Assembly (NCBI GenBank): GCA_036788295.1
Contig: DAIQNR010000005.1
Location: 7,402-71,401, forward strand
Source: Myxococcota bacterium
GTDB lineage: Bacteria > Myxococcota > Kuafuiibacteriia > Kuafuiibacteriales > Kuafuiibacteriaceae
Length of the DNA: 64,000 nucleotides
Direction: 5' to 3'
The notes beneath the pieces are model-generated. The model saw only the letters and a program-made list of their open reading frames with translations. It had not been told where the DNA came from and did not search any database. The position numbers were made by a program, and so were the translations under genes. Below, in pieces: positions 38,419-49,262 of the stretch (the first letter of the stretch is position 1; each line of letters starts with the position of its first letter).

Positions 38419-38958
38419 TCAGGAGCCGGTCTTTCCTTCTTTGCGCCGGATCTGCTCGCCCACGTACATGATGCCCTTGCCCTTGTACGGTTCGCACGGT
38501 CGATAGGCTCGGATCTCAGCCGCGAGCTGGCCAACGAGCTCCTTGTCGATGGACTCGAGGTGAATCGTCGTCAGCTTGTCCACCCGGCAGGACACCGTCT
38601 CGGGGATCTTCACGTTCACTTCGTGCGAGAGTCCCACCTGCAGGTTGAGCGCGTCGCTCTTCAGCTCCGCTCGGTAGCCGACGCCCACCACGGACAACGA
38701 CCGCTGGTAGGGCTTCTGCACCCCTTGGACCATGTTCGAGACCAACGTGCGGGCCAGGCCGTACATGCTCTTCGATACGCGGTCGTTCGGGTCCGACGGA
38801 GCGACGCGAACCGAGCCGCCTTCGAGCTCCACGTTCACCTTCTCGGGGAGGAGCCGCTCGAGCTTGCCCTTCGGGCCCTTCACGATGATCCGATGACCAT
38901 CGAGCGCGACCTCCACGCCAGCTGGAATCTCAACGGGAAGCTTTCCTATCCTCGACAT
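38419..38958 (-). CDS. rplF: 50S ribosomal protein L6 (start at MSRIGKLPVEIP)
   Basis: Two-domain L6 with the KLP motif. Confidence 0.93.
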   Translation of the reverse strand: MSRIGKLPVEIPAGVEVALDGHRIIVKGPKGKLERLLPEKVNVELEGGSVRVAPSDPNDRVSKSMYGLARTLVSNMVQGVQKPYQRSLSVVGVGYRAELKSDALNLQVGLSHEVNVKIPETVSCRVDKLTTIHLESIDKELVGQLAAEIRAYRPCEPYKGKGIMYVGEQIRRKEGKTGS

Positions 38959-38962
38959 GACT

Positions 38963-39367
38963 TCACCACACCGTGCACATGAGCTCGCCGCCGACCCGCT
39001 CTCGGCGGGCCTCACGGTCGGTCATGATGCCGCGAGACGTGGACAGAATCGCCACCCCGAGGCCGTTGCGGATGCTCGGGATGCTGTCCGCGTTCACATA
39101 CTGGCGGAGCCCGGGCCGACTCACCCGCTTGATCCCGGTGATGACGGGCTCCCGATTTCGATCGTACCGAAGCTGGATGGTCAGGGTCGCCCTAGGGTCG
39201 CCCTCGCCCACCTCGAAGCTCTCGATGAAGCCTTCTCGCTTCAGGACCTCCGCGAGCCGCACCTTCAGCTTGGAATGCGGCATTGGCACCTTGACGTGCC
39301 GCGCGTTGATGCCGTTGCGGATGCGTGTCAGCATGTCCGCAATGGGGTCGTTGATTACGCCCGCCAT
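38963..39367 (-). CDS. rpsH: 30S ribosomal protein S8
   Basis: …DPIADMLTRIRNG…. Confidence 0.95.
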   Translation of the reverse strand: MAGVINDPIADMLTRIRNGINARHVKVPMPHSKLKVRLAEVLKREGFIESFEVGEGDPRATLTIQLRYDRNREPVITGIKRVSRPGLRQYVNADSIPSIRNGLGVAILSTSRGIMTDREARRERVGGELMCTVW

Positions 39368-39423
39368 GATTCACCTCGTCCTTCGAGCCCGACCTCAACG
39401 GCCCGTGGCCCCCAAGAGCCTCG

Positions 39424-40080
39424 TCAGCTGGCCTCTTGTCCCCGCCGCCGAAAGGGGATGCCGATCGCCTGAAGCAGCGCCCGACCGTGCTCGTCGTTGC
39501 CCGCCGTGGTCACGAAGCAGATGTTCATGCCCCGAACCCGGTCGACCCGGTCGTAGTCGATCTCGGGGAAGATGATCTGCTCCTTCAGCCCGAGCGTATA
39601 GTTGCCGCGGCCATCGAAGGCCTTGTCCGAGACTCCCTTGAAGTCTCGCACCCGCGGGAGCGCCACGTTGACGAGCCGGTCCACGAACTCCCACATGCGA
39701 TTGCGACGGAGCGTGACCATCGCGCCGATGGGCATCCCTTCGCGCAGCTTGAAGTTCGAGATCGACTTCTTCGCCTTCGTCACCACCGCTTTTTGCCCGG
39801 TGATGAGGCCCAGCTCCTCCACCGCCGAATCGAGCACCTTGTTGTTGGTGATCGCCTCGCCGAGGCCCATGTTGATGACCACTTTCTCGAGCCGCGGGAC
39901 CTGCCGGTCCGACTTCAAGCCGAGCTCCTTCACGAGCCGCCCCGCGATCTCATCGCGAAACTGCGTCCCGAGGCGGGGTGCCGGAAGCGGGCGATCGGCG
40001 AGTTCCACGACCTTCTTGGACCGCTTCGCCGCCTTCTCCTCGCCCTTCGAGCCTTTTTTTCCCTTTTCGTCCTTAGCCAT
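39424..40080 (-). CDS. rplE: 50S ribosomal protein L5 with a Lys-rich ~35-aa N-terminal extension ([23 protein letters not shown]…)
   Basis: Core matches L5 (…[16 protein letters not shown]…[19 protein letters not shown]…). Start directly follows the rplX stop. Confidence 0.92.
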   Translation of the reverse strand: MAKDEKGKKGSKGEEKAAKRSKKVVELADRPLPAPRLGTQFRDEIAGRLVKELGLKSDRQVPRLEKVVINMGLGEAITNNKVLDSAVEELGLITGQKAVVTKAKKSISNFKLREGMPIGAMVTLRRNRMWEFVDRLVNVALPRVRDFKGVSDKAFDGRGNYTLGLKEQIIFPEIDYDRVDRVRGMNICFVTTAGNDEHGRALLQAIGIPFRRRGQEAS

Positions 40081-40083
40081 GAG

Positions 40084-40416
40084 TCACCCGAGCTCGGTTC
40101 CGCCGCCCACGCGACCGCGGACGACCCGTACCTTCTCACCGTCTTCCTTGACCAGGAATCCGACCCGAACGGGGCGCCCTAGCTCCTCGGAAAACAGGCG
40201 AACGTTGGACATGTGAATTTTGCCTGGCCGCTGAAAGACCCCGCCTTCCGGCATCGAGGCCCGAGCGTTCGCCTTCACATGGCGCTTCTGAATGTTGACG
40301 CCCTCGACCACCAACCGGTTCTCCGCCGGATGAACGGACAGGACTCGGCCCTTCTTGCCCCGGTCTCGCCCGGTCATCACCTGGACCAGGTCGCCCTTCT
40401 TTATCTTTGCTGCCAT
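40084..40416 (-). CDS. rplX: 50S ribosomal protein L24
   Basis: KOW motif …KKGDLVQVMTGRDRGKKGRVL…. Confidence 0.95.
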   Translation of the reverse strand: MAAKIKKGDLVQVMTGRDRGKKGRVLSVHPAENRLVVEGVNIQKRHVKANARASMPEGGVFQRPGKIHMSNVRLFSEELGRPVRVGFLVKEDGEKVRVVRGRVGGGTELG

Positions 40417-40784
40417 CAGAGCACCTCCGGGGCGAGCGACACGATCTTCATGAACGCCTTCGCCCGCAGCTCCCGTGCGACCGGGCCAAAGATTCGGGTC
40501 CCGACCGGGTCATTGTCCTTGTTGACGAGCACGCCCGCGTTCTCATCGAAGCGAATGTAGCTGCCGTCGACTCGGCCCGTGGGATAGCGCGACCGCACGA
40601 TCACGGCCTTCACGACATCCCCCTTCTTCACCCGGCTGTTCGGCAGCGCCTCTCGCACCGAGCACACCACCACATCACCGATGTGGGCATACCGACGCCG
40701 CGAGCCGCCTAGAACCTTGATGCAGAACAGTTTGCGGGCGCCGCTGTTGTCGGCGACGTCCAGCACCGAGGTCATCTGGATCAC
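40416..40784 (-). CDS. rplN: 50S ribosomal protein L14
   Basis: [28 protein letters not shown]…. Confidence 0.96.
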   Translation of the reverse strand: MIQMTSVLDVADNSGARKLFCIKVLGGSRRRYAHIGDVVVCSVREALPNSRVKKGDVVKAVIVRSRYPTGRVDGSYIRFDENAGVLVNKDNDPVGTRIFGPVARELRAKAFMKIVSLAPEVL

Positions 40785-40787
40785 GGC

Positions 40788-41099
40788 TCAAGCCCCCTTC
40801 CCGATCTTCTCGACCACGCGCCAGCGCTTGGTCCGAGACAAGGGTCGCGTCTCCTCGATCAGGACGCGCTCCCCTTCCTGGCAGCCGACCTCGTCGTGCG
40901 CGGCGTACTTCTTCCGCCGCATCACGTACTTTCCATAGACCGGGTGCTTCAGCCGGCGGTCCACCGCGACCGTGACCGTCTTCTCGGCCTTGGCGGAGAT
41001 GACCACCCCCACCCTCGTCTTCTTGCCCTTCACCGGCTCTGCCGCCGCGGTCTCGGTCCCCTCGGCCTCCGGAGCAGGATCTTGGTTGCTCTCGCTCAC
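40788..41099 (-). CDS. rpsQ: 30S ribosomal protein S17
   Basis: …[32 protein letters not shown]…. Confidence 0.93.
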   Translation of the reverse strand: MSESNQDPAPEAEGTETAAAEPVKGKKTRVGVVISAKAEKTVTVAVDRRLKHPVYGKYVMRRKKYAAHDEVGCQEGERVLIEETRPLSRTKRWRVVEKIGKGA

Positions 41100-41308
41100 G
41101 TCTCGTCTCCTTGCGCCCGCTCGGACCGAACCGTCATGGCCCGCGCAATCTCTTTTCGCACCTTGTGAAGCCGAGAGGTGTTCTCGAGCTGACCGGTCGC
41201 GTGCTGAAACCGAAGCTTGAACAGCTCGTCCTGCTTTTCAGTCAGAAACGCCGCCAGCTCTTCGTCGGTCTTCTCCCGAATGTCCGCCGCCTTCGCAAAG
41301 TCCGCCAT
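41096..41308 (-). CDS. rpmC: 50S ribosomal protein L29 (start at [14 protein letters not shown]…)
   Basis: …[30 protein letters not shown]…. Confidence 0.88.
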   Translation of the reverse strand: MADFAKAADIREKTDEELAAFLTEKQDELFKLRFQHATGQLENTSRLHKVRKEIARAMTVRSERAQGDET

Positions 41309-41724
41309 CAGATCTGCTCCTGAATGGTCACGATGCGGGTCTTGATCGGTAGCTTGTGACCAGCGAGCCGACACGCCTCTTTGGCGAGCCCCGCGTCCAC
41401 TCCGTCGATCTCGTAGAGGATCCGCCCCGGACGCACCACGGCTACGTAATGATCGGGCGCGCCTTTGCCCTTACCCATTCGAGTCTCGAGCGGCTTCTTC
41501 GAAACCGGCTTGTCCGGGAAGAACCGGATCCACACCCGCCCACCACGCTTGATGTGGCGGGTGAGCGCGATTCGGGCCGCCTCGATCTGTCGAGACGTCA
41601 CCCACCCCGGCTCGAGGGCTTGGAGGGCCACCGTCCCGAAGGCGAGGCTCGACCCGGTCTGGGCGACCCCGCTCATTCGACCGCGATGATGCCTCCGGAA
41701 CTTTTCACGCTTGGGCTGAAGCAT
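41308..41724 (-). CDS. rplP: 50S ribosomal protein L16
   Basis: [19 protein letters not shown]…. Confidence 0.96.
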   Translation of the reverse strand: MLQPKREKFRRHHRGRMSGVAQTGSSLAFGTVALQALEPGWVTSRQIEAARIALTRHIKRGGRVWIRFFPDKPVSKKPLETRMGKGKGAPDHYVAVVRPGRILYEIDGVDAGLAKEACRLAGHKLPIKTRIVTIQEQI

Positions 41725-41727
41725 TGG

Positions 41728-42411
41728 TCATCCTTCCCTACGCGGCGGCCGCGGCGCCCGGCGCTGCTGGGGCGGCTCTTTGCCGGCGCCGATCACCTCG
41801 CCCTTGAAGATCCAGCACTTGATGCCGATCGTGCCCTGCTTCGTCTTCGCCACCGCGAGCCCGTACTCGACGTCGGCTCGGAGGGTGTGAAGCGGCACCC
41901 GACCGTCGCGGTACCACTCGTACCTCGACATCTCGGCGCCGCCGAGTCGGCCCGAGCAGGCCACCCGGATGCCCTTGGCCCCGAACTTCATCGCGATCTG
42001 CACGGCCTTCTTCATGGCCCGCCGAAACGCGATTCGTCGCTCGAGCTGCATCCCGATGTTCTCGGCTACGAGCTGGGCGTCGATCTCGGCTTTGCGGATC
42101 TCCTGAATATTGATGAAGACCTCGTTCTCGGTCCTCTGCTGCAGATCCTTCTTGAGCTGCTCGATGCCGGCGCCCTTCTTGCCGATGACGATCCCGGGGC
42201 GAGCAGTGAAGATGTTGACCTTCACCTTGTTCGCCGCCCGCTCGATCTCCACCCGCGAGATTCCCGCGCTCGAGTGCTTCTTCTTCACCAGCTGGCGAAG
42301 CTGAAGGTCTTCATGGAGCCAGTTGGCGTAGTTGCGCTCCTCGAACCACTTCGAGTCCCAGGTCCGGGTGATGCCGAGTCGAAACCCGATTGGATTGGTT
42401 TTTTGTCCCAT
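41728..42411 (-). CDS. rpsC: 30S ribosomal protein S3
   Basis: [23 protein letters not shown]… KH domain. Confidence 0.96.
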   Translation of the reverse strand: MGQKTNPIGFRLGITRTWDSKWFEERNYANWLHEDLQLRQLVKKKHSSAGISRVEIERAANKVKVNIFTARPGIVIGKKGAGIEQLKKDLQQRTENEVFINIQEIRKAEIDAQLVAENIGMQLERRIAFRRAMKKAVQIAMKFGAKGIRVACSGRLGGAEMSRYEWYRDGRVPLHTLRADVEYGLAVAKTKQGTIGIKCWIFKGEVIGAGKEPPQQRRAPRPPRREG

Positions 42412-42427
42412 TTTCGGGGCTCCTTTC

Positions 42428-42778
42428 TCAGCTCCGGGCCTCGAGGCCGATGGTGATGTGCGACGAGCGCTTCAGGATGGGGGTGGCGCGGCCCTGGGCC
42501 CGGGGGGTGAACCGCTTCATCGTGGGCCCCCCGTCCACCTCGACCGACCCGACGAACAGCGCGTCGAGGTCCACCTGACCGCGCTGATCCGCGTTGGCCA
42601 CCGCCGACCGGAGCAACAGCTCGAGCGGCTTGGCAGAGCGCTTCTCGACGAACAGGAGGATGTTCAGCGCCTCCTCCACTTGCTTTCCCCGGATGAGGTC
42701 CGCCACGAGCCGCACCTTTCTAGGGGCGACGCGCAGACCACGCAGGGTTGCTTTGGCTACCATGGACTTCATCGTCAC
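42428..42778 (-). CDS. rplV: 50S ribosomal protein L22
   Basis: …[29 protein letters not shown]…. Confidence 0.94.
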   Translation of the reverse strand: MTMKSMVAKATLRGLRVAPRKVRLVADLIRGKQVEEALNILLFVEKRSAKPLELLLRSAVANADQRGQVDLDALFVGSVEVDGGPTMKRFTPRAQGRATPILKRSSHITIGLEARS

Positions 42779-42781
42779 TCC

Positions 42782-43063
42782 TCAGCGCCGGCCCTTCTTG
42801 GCCTTCTTGTCCACCGCGTGGCCGTGGAAGGTTCGGGTGGGGGCAAACTCACCGAGCTTGTGCCCGACCATGTGCTCGGTCACGAACACGGGGATGAACT
42901 TCCGGCCGTTGTGGACCGCGAAGGTGTGACCAATGAACTCGGGGATGATCATGGAGCGCCGGGACCAGGTCTTGATGACCGACTTCCTCCCCTCCGACAT
43001 CCGCTCGATCTTCTCCTCGAGCGACGGGTCCACGAAGGGCCCCTTCTTCAGCGAACGCGCCAT
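42782..43063 (-). CDS. rpsS: 30S ribosomal protein S19
   Basis: [15 protein letters not shown]…[35 protein letters not shown]…. Confidence 0.96.
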   Translation of the reverse strand: MARSLKKGPFVDPSLEEKIERMSEGRKSVIKTWSRRSMIIPEFIGHTFAVHNGRKFIPVFVTEHMVGHKLGEFAPTRTFHGHAVDKKAKKGRR

Positions 43064-43066
43064 CGA

Positions 43067-43912
43067 TCAGCTCCCACTCTGCTTTCCGCGCTTCCTAGGC
43101 GCGACCACGAACTTGTCCGTCGTCTTGTTCGTCCTGGTACGGAGGCCGCGGGCCATCTTGCCCCACGGGGTGCGAGGCGGCTTCCCGCCCTTGGCTCGGC
43201 CTTCGCCACCACCGTTGTTGTGGTCCACCGGGTTCATCGCCGCACCCCGGACCGACGGCCGAATTCCGAGCCATCGGCTGCGGCCCGCTTTGCCGAGGAC
43301 GACGTTCTCGTGCTGCTCGTTGCCGAGCTGGCCCACAGTCGCCATGCAGCTGCCCAGAATCCGGCGCATCTCGGATGAAGGGAGCCGAACCGTGACGTAC
43401 TTCCCTTCCTTCGCCATCAGCTGCGCGCTCCCACCAGCGGACCGAACCAGCTGGCCCCCTTTTCCTGGCTTGAGCTCGATGTTGTGCAGCTGGGTACCGA
43501 GCGGGATGTCTTTCAGCGGCATGGCGTTGCCAACGACCGGGTCGATGGGACCCACCGAAGACATGACCACCTGCCCGACCTGGAGCTTTCCTGGGGCGAG
43601 GATGTACGCCTTCTCGCCGTCCGCGTAGTGGAGCAGGGCGATCCGAGCGGAGCGGTTCGGGTCGTATTCGACCCCCACCACCTTGGCCGGGATGTCGAAC
43701 TTCGTCCGCTTGAAATCAACGAGCCGGTACCGGCGCCGATGACCGCCGCCCTTGTGCCGCGTGGTGATGTTCCCCCGGGTGCCTCGGCCCCCGGTCCGAG
43801 ACAGCGGAGCGAGCAGGCTCTTCTCCGGGCTGCTCTTCGTGATCTCCGCGAAATCGGACCCAGTCAGATGGCGCCGAGAGGGGGAGGTCGGTCGGTATGC
43901 CTTGATGCCCAT
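43067..43912 (-). CDS. rplB: 50S ribosomal protein L2
   Basis: …[22 protein letters not shown]…. Confidence 0.96.
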   Translation of the reverse strand: MGIKAYRPTSPSRRHLTGSDFAEITKSSPEKSLLAPLSRTGGRGTRGNITTRHKGGGHRRRYRLVDFKRTKFDIPAKVVGVEYDPNRSARIALLHYADGEKAYILAPGKLQVGQVVMSSVGPIDPVVGNAMPLKDIPLGTQLHNIELKPGKGGQLVRSAGGSAQLMAKEGKYVTVRLPSSEMRRILGSCMATVGQLGNEQHENVVLGKAGRSRWLGIRPSVRGAAMNPVDHNNGGGEGRAKGGKPPRTPWGKMARGLRTRTNKTTDKFVVAPRKRGKQSGS

Positions 43913-43927
43913 CGCTTCCTTCCTCCG

Positions 43928-44227
43928 TCAGCCGGCGAGCGCGCCGAACAAATCGAGGGACTGGCCCTCGGCTAGGGTGACGATCGCCTTCTTCCAGTTG
44001 CTCCGCTTGCCGACGAATCGGCCACGGCGCTTGATCTTTCCGCGAACGACCATGGTGCGGACCGACGCGACATCGACCTCGAAGCGCCGCTTCACCGCGT
44101 GGGCGATCTCGGTCTTGTTGGCGTCGAGCGCCACCTCGAAGACCACGACCGGGCCGCGCTCCGCGAGGGCGGACACCTTCTCGGTGACCCGGGGTCGAAG
44201 CAAAATCTCGTGATCAGGCCGAATCAT
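43928..44227 (-). CDS. rplW: 50S ribosomal protein L23
   Basis: …LLRPRVTEKVSALAERGPVVVFEV…. Confidence 0.93.
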   Translation of the reverse strand: MIRPDHEILLRPRVTEKVSALAERGPVVVFEVALDANKTEIAHAVKRRFEVDVASVRTMVVRGKIKRRGRFVGKRSNWKKAIVTLAEGQSLDLFGALAG

Positions 44228-44889
44228 CCTCGAGCCTCCTCGCGCAGCGCGCGTTCCTTCCTCGACAGCTCGGTGTGAAGCCGCTGGCTGATCTCAGGGA
44301 CGGTGTGCTCGAGCAGCAGCACCTTGTCATGATCGAGCAGGTCGTAGACGTTCAAGGACTCGACTTCGATGAACTTCGCCAGGGGGAGGTTTCGAACCGA
44401 TAGATGAAGGTTCCCATCGTCCGCTCCTCCGACCACCAGGGTCTTCTTGCCGCCGAGCGCGCCGAGCACGGCCTCGGCTCCCTTCGACTTCGGCGCCTCT
44501 GGGGCCCAGCCCCGGACCACCGACAGCTGGCCTTCCTGAAGCCTCAAGGAGAGGGCCGAACGCAGGGCTCCGTCCACCATCTTCTTTGGCATCTGGTAGC
44601 TGTAGTCCCGGGGCCGAGGGCCGTGAACGACGCCGCCGCCCCGCATGTTCATCGCTCGGTTCGAACCATGGCGGGCGCGCCCGGTCCCCTTCTGCTTGTA
44701 GGGCTTCTTGCCCGAGCCACGCACCTCGGCGACGGTCTTCGTCGAGTGCGTTCCTCGCCGCCGGTTCGCCAGCTGCATCCGCACCACTTCGTAGTGCAGG
44801 TGCTCGCGCGCCACCGCGCCGAAGACGGACCCGTCGAGCTCGAGCTCTCCGACCTTCTGGTTGCTCGTGTCCACGACGTCGACTTTCAT
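44224..44889 (-). CDS. rplD: 50S ribosomal protein L4
   Basis: …VRGSGKKPYKQKGTGRARHGS…. Confidence 0.94.
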   Translation of the reverse strand: MKVDVVDTSNQKVGELELDGSVFGAVAREHLHYEVVRMQLANRRRGTHSTKTVAEVRGSGKKPYKQKGTGRARHGSNRAMNMRGGGVVHGPRPRDYSYQMPKKMVDGALRSALSLRLQEGQLSVVRGWAPEAPKSKGAEAVLGALGGKKTLVVGGADDGNLHLSVRNLPLAKFIEVESLNVYDLLDHDKVLLLEHTVPEISQRLHTELSRKERALREEARG

Positions 44890-44946
44890 CCTGCTTGCCT
44901 ACCCTTCCTCTTCGAGCTGCGGCCGCGAGAACGACCGGACACCCGC

Positions 44947-45264
44947 TCAGCTGCTCTTGATCTCCACGTCCACGCCGGCGGACAGATCGAGCTTCATGAG
45001 CGCATCGAGCGTTTGTGGGGTGGGATCGTGGATCTCCACCACCCTCTTGTGGGTTCGCACCTCGAACTGCTCCCGGCTCTTCTTGTCCACATGAGGTCCA
45101 CGAAGGACCGTGTACCGGTTGATCCGGGTGGGGAGCGGGATCGGCCCCGCGACCCGCGAGCCAGTCCGCCGGGCGGACTCCACGATCTCGGCCACGGTCT
45201 GGTCGAGCAGACGATGGTCGTAGGCTTTGAGCCGAATGCGAATCTTGGTGGACGTGTCTGCCAT
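44947..45264 (-). CDS. rpsJ: 30S ribosomal protein S10 (start at [17 protein letters not shown]…)
   Basis: Classic S10 sequence. Only 57 nt separate it from rplD, so there is no rplC. Confidence 0.94.
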   Translation of the reverse strand: MADTSTKIRIRLKAYDHRLLDQTVAEIVESARRTGSRVAGPIPLPTRINRYTVLRGPHVDKKSREQFEVRTHKRVVEIHDPTPQTLDALMKLDLSAGVDVEIKSS

Positions 45265-45339
45265 GCCTCTGCCCTTACCGGTCTTCTTCTGGTGCCGCGG
45301 GGAGGAGGGAGCCAAAGCCCCCTCCCCCCGCGACATCCA

Positions 45340-46539
45340 TCACTTCAGGATCTCGGTCACCACGCCGGCGCCGACCGTTCGGCCGCCCTCGCGGATCGCG
45401 AAGTTCATCCCCTTGTCCATCGCGACGGGGGTGATGAGCTGCACGTTCAGCGAGACGTTGTCGCCCGGCATCACCATCTCGGTACCTTCCGGCAGCACGA
45501 TGGCGCCGGTCACGTCGGTGGTGCGGAAGTAGAACTGCGGACGGTATCCCTTGAAGAACGGGGTGTGGCGGCCGCCCTCGTCCTTGCCGAGGATGTACAC
45601 CTCGCACTTGAAGTCCGTGTGCGGCGTGATCGAGTTCGGCTTCGCCAGCACCTGACCGCGCTCCACGGACTCCTTGTCCACGCCGCGAAGCAGGCAACCC
45701 ACGTTGTCGCCGGCGATGCCCTTGTCGAGCAGCTTCCGGAACATCTCGACGCCGGTGACCGTCGTCTCGCTCGTGGGCCGGAAGCCCACGATCTGGACCT
45801 TCTCGCCCACGTTGATGATGCCTCGCTCGATGCGCCCGGTCACCACCGTGCCGCGGCCGGAGATGGAGAACACGTCCTCGATCGGCATCAAGAACGGCTT
45901 GTCCTCGTCCCGCTCCGGGGTCGGGATGTGGCTGTCGAGGGTCCTCAGCAGCTCCAGGATGGGCTCCTGGCCCTCCTTGCCGCCGCTCTCGTACGGCTTC
46001 AGCGCCGAGCCCCGGACGACAGGGCTGTCGGGCGGGAACTTGTACTTCTCGAGCAGCTCCGACACCTCGAGCTCGACCAGGTCGAGCAGCTCGGCGTCGT
46101 CGACCAGGTCGCACTTGTTGAGCCAGACCACGATGGCCGGCACCCCGACCTGCCGCGCGAGCAGGATGTGCTCCTTGGTCTGGGGCATCGGACCGTCCAC
46201 CGCCGAGACCACCAGGATGGCCCCGTCCATCTGGGCGGCGCCGGTGATCATGTTCTTCACGTAGTCGGCGTGCCCGGGGCAGTCGACGTGCGCGTAGTGA
46301 CGGTTCTCGCTCTCGTACTCCACGTGCGAGGTGGCGATCGTCATGATCTTGGTCGAGTCCCGGCGTCCCTGCGACTCCGAAGCCTTCGCGATCTCGTCGT
46401 AGCTGAGCGGCTTCGCCCACCCCTTCGCGGCGCAAACGCTGAGGATCGCAGCCGTGGTCGTGGTCTTCCCATGGTCGACGTGACCAATGGTGCCCACGTT
46501 CACGTGCGGCTTAGTCCGATCGAATTTCTCCTTGGCCAT
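45340..46539 (-). CDS. tuf: elongation factor Tu, with an atypical ~5-residue insertion in the switch-I/effector region
   Basis: [27 protein letters not shown]…[25 protein letters not shown]…NKCD… Start ATG 46539. Confidence 0.92.
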   Translation of the reverse strand: MAKEKFDRTKPHVNVGTIGHVDHGKTTTTAAILSVCAAKGWAKPLSYDEIAKASESQGRRDSTKIMTIATSHVEYESENRHYAHVDCPGHADYVKNMITGAAQMDGAILVVSAVDGPMPQTKEHILLARQVGVPAIVVWLNKCDLVDDAELLDLVELEVSELLEKYKFPPDSPVVRGSALKPYESGGKEGQEPILELLRTLDSHIPTPERDEDKPFLMPIEDVFSISGRGTVVTGRIERGIINVGEKVQIVGFRPTSETTVTGVEMFRKLLDKGIAGDNVGCLLRGVDKESVERGQVLAKPNSITPHTDFKCEVYILGKDEGGRHTPFFKGYRPQFYFRTTDVTGAIVLPEGTEMVMPGDNVSLNVQLITPVAMDKGMNFAIREGGRTVGAGVVTEILK

Positions 46540-46641
46540 CTGTTTCCCACTCCATTCAGGTTGGTGGCCGCAACGGAGCGACCGACCATCGGCCCGGCGG
46601 GACATGCATCCCACCGGAGACCACCCCAAGTTCAGGCTCCC

Positions 46642-48738
46642 TCAGGGCCTCACCTGGGCGTTCGCCAGCACCCCCTCCGCGACACGCGAAGGAACGGGAC
46701 TGTATGATCCAAACCTCATCGAAAAGCTCGCCCGACCCCGGGTTCGCGACCGAAGGTCGCTCGCGTACCCGATCATGGAGGCGAGCGGCACTTCCGCAAT
46801 CACCACATGGGCCCCCGCCCGAGGGTCGAGAGCCACGACGCGACCTCGCCGCGCCTGCAGGTCGCCCACGACATCCCCGGTGGCGGACTCCGGTACCGTC
46901 ACCTCGACCCGCATGAGCGGCTCGAGCACCGTGGGCTCCGCGGCCCGGACCGCGTGGGCAAAAGCGAGGGCGGCAGCGGTTCGGACCGCGAGCGCCACCG
47001 GACCGGGGCCATCGGCCTCGACCTCGAGGAGGCGGACCGAGATGTCCGACACCTCGTACCCCGACGGACCGCCCTGGACCGCAGCTTCTCTCACGCCGTC
47101 CCGGACCGCGTCCCACCACTGCCGTCGTACCGACACGTCGGACGACATGCGGAGGCTCTGGCCGCCCTCCGGGCCAGAGACCCCAGGTCCAACCTCGAGC
47201 ACGACCCGCGCGCTGAGCACGCCCTCGGGGACCGATCGCTGGCAGCGACCCTCGCGGCGAGCCGCCGCGGACACGGTCTCGCGGTAGGCGACCAGGCGAC
47301 GGCCCACCGCGACCCCGACACCGAAGTCCCTTCGGAGCCGCTCGACCGAGACGTCGAGGTGCAGCTCGCCGAGACCGCCGAGCAGGGTCTGACCGGTCTC
47401 GGGATCGGCCCGCACCGCCAAGGATGGGTCCTCCGCGAGCAGCGCCGCCAACGCGGCTTCGAGCGGCAAGCGGTCGGCCTCGGTCTGCGGCAGCACCGCG
47501 ACCGAGAACACCGGCTCGGGGACGGGGAGAGACTCGAGCCGCACCTCAGAGGAGGACGCGCACAGAGTATCGCCCGTCACGACCCGAGCCAGGCCCTCGA
47601 CCGCCACGACCATTCCCGTGGTCGCCACCGCCACCTCGAACTGCTGGTTTGCATGGACCCGGCAGACCCGGCGAACCCTCTCCGCCTGGCCGGTCCGAGG
47701 GTTGAGGACTTCCGACCCGGACCGAAGTTCACCCCGATAGATGCGGACGAAGGTGAGCCGAGCCCCGCCCCGGTCGGCGACAACCTTGAAGGCCATCGCC
47801 ACGAGCGGCTCGGCCGGGTTGGGCTCGATCCTCACGACGGCGTTGCCCGCCGTCCGCGCCACCGGCGCCGGGAAGTCGCGGGGGGAAGGGAGGTACGCGG
47901 CCATCGCGTCGAGCAAGGGCTCGATTCCGCGGTTGTCGAGCGCAGACCCGCACAACACGGGGCACGCCTCGAGGGCGAGGCAGGCTCTGCGCACCGCGCG
48001 CGCGAGTTCGTCTCCGGGGATGTGCTCCCCCTCGAGGTAGCGACGCTCGAGCGCTTCATCGAACCCCGCCACCCGGTCGAACACCCGATCCCGGGCCGCG
48101 AGCGCGGTCCTCACCCAGTCGGCAGGGATGGGGTGGCTCTCCATCGGTCCGCACGGGTCCTTCGTCGGCCACCGGAGCATCCGCTGGTGGACCACGTCGA
48201 TCACCGCGTCGAAGCCGGAGCCGCTGCCCATCGGCAGCTGCAGCGCGACCACCGGGGCGGCGAGGCGCTCCTCGAGCGCGCAGACGGCGGCCGCGAAGTC
48301 CGCTCCCGGCCGATCCATCTTGTTGATGAAGCACACTCGGGGCAGCGCGTACCGGTCGGCCTGGCGCCACACCGCCTCGGTCTGGGCCTCGACCCCCTTC
48401 TCGGCGTCGAGGAGGATCACCGCGCCGTCGAGCACGCGCAGGCTCCGCTCCACCTCGATCGCGAAATCGACGTGGCCGGGGGTGTCGATGATCTGGATGC
48501 GGTGGCCATCCCACGGCACGCTCGTCGCGGCCGCGCTGATGGTGATGCCCCGCTCCTTCTCCTGGGCGAGGAAGTCCATGGTGGCCGCGCCGTCGTGGAC
48601 TTCTCCAACCCGGGTCTCGACGCCGGTGTAGACCAGGAGGCGCTCGGTCGTGGTCGTCTTCCCCGCGTCCACATGAGCGAGGACACCGAGGTTCCGAACC
48701 AGCTCGAGGGGAATGTGACCGAGACCGACCATGACCAT
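46642..48738 (-). CDS. fusA: elongation factor G (canonical, in the str operon)
   Basis: …AHVDAGKTTTTERLLVYTGV…GEVHDGAATMDFLAQEKERGITI…DTPGHVDF…NKMDR…. Confidence 0.93.
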   Translation of the reverse strand: MVMVGLGHIPLELVRNLGVLAHVDAGKTTTTERLLVYTGVETRVGEVHDGAATMDFLAQEKERGITISAAATSVPWDGHRIQIIDTPGHVDFAIEVERSLRVLDGAVILLDAEKGVEAQTEAVWRQADRYALPRVCFINKMDRPGADFAAAVCALEERLAAPVVALQLPMGSGSGFDAVIDVVHQRMLRWPTKDPCGPMESHPIPADWVRTALAARDRVFDRVAGFDEALERRYLEGEHIPGDELARAVRRACLALEACPVLCGSALDNRGIEPLLDAMAAYLPSPRDFPAPVARTAGNAVVRIEPNPAEPLVAMAFKVVADRGGARLTFVRIYRGELRSGSEVLNPRTGQAERVRRVCRVHANQQFEVAVATTGMVVAVEGLARVVTGDTLCASSSEVRLESLPVPEPVFSVAVLPQTEADRLPLEAALAALLAEDPSLAVRADPETGQTLLGGLGELHLDVSVERLRRDFGVGVAVGRRLVAYRETVSAAARREGRCQRSVPEGVLSARVVLEVGPGVSGPEGGQSLRMSSDVSVRRQWWDAVRDGVREAAVQGGPSGYEVSDISVRLLEVEADGPGPVALAVRTAAALAFAHAVRAAEPTVLEPLMRVEVTVPESATGDVVGDLQARRGRVVALDPRAGAHVVIAEVPLASMIGYASDLRSRTRGRASFSMRFGSYSPVPSRVAEGVLANAQVRP

Positions 48739-48770
48739 CCTTCTTAGCTACGAACCCGATGGTTCTCCGC

Positions 48771-49247
48771 TCACCAGCGGAAGTGGGCGAACGCCTTGTT
48801 GGCGTCGGCCATCTTGTGGGTGTCTTCCCGCTTCTTCACCGCGTTGCCGCGACCCTGCGAAGCGTCCAGAATCTCTCCGGCGAGGCGCTCCCGCATCGTC
48901 TTCTCTCCGCGCCTCGACGAGTAGGAGATGAGCCACCGCATCCCGAGCGACGTGCGCCGCTCGGGGCGGACCTCCACGGGGACCTGGAACGTCGCGCCGC
49001 CGACCCGACGGGACTTCACCTCGATGCGGGGCTTGATGTTCTCGAGCGCCTTCTTGAAGACGGTCAGCGGATCGTCCTCGCCGCCGGCCCTCGAGCCGAC
49101 GAGGTCGAGCGCGCCATAGGTGATGCGCTCTGCGGTGGACTTCTTGCCGCCGATCATCAGCGCGTTGATGAATTTCGCAATGACCCGATCCTGGTATTTC
49201 GGATCCGGCAGCAGCTTCCGCTTCGGTGCTTCTCGACGCCTGGCCAT
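48771..49247 (-). CDS. rpsG: 30S ribosomal protein S7
   Basis: [18 protein letters not shown]…. Confidence 0.95.
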   Translation of the reverse strand: MARRREAPKRKLLPDPKYQDRVIAKFINALMIGGKKSTAERITYGALDLVGSRAGGEDDPLTVFKKALENIKPRIEVKSRRVGGATFQVPVEVRPERRTSLGMRWLISYSSRRGEKTMRERLAGEILDASQGRGNAVKKREDTHKMADANKAFAHFRW

Positions 49248-49262
49248 CTCGTCTCCTCAGTC

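Noticed and set aside
39368-39423. Looked for rpsN/rpsZ (S14) between rplE and rpsH, rplC between rpsJ and rplD, and rpsD between rpsK and rpoA
   Set aside because: The gaps are 56, 57 and 94 nt, too short for any of these genes. The ORFs in the track at 39395-39694 and 39436-40182 are antisense or out-of-frame noise.
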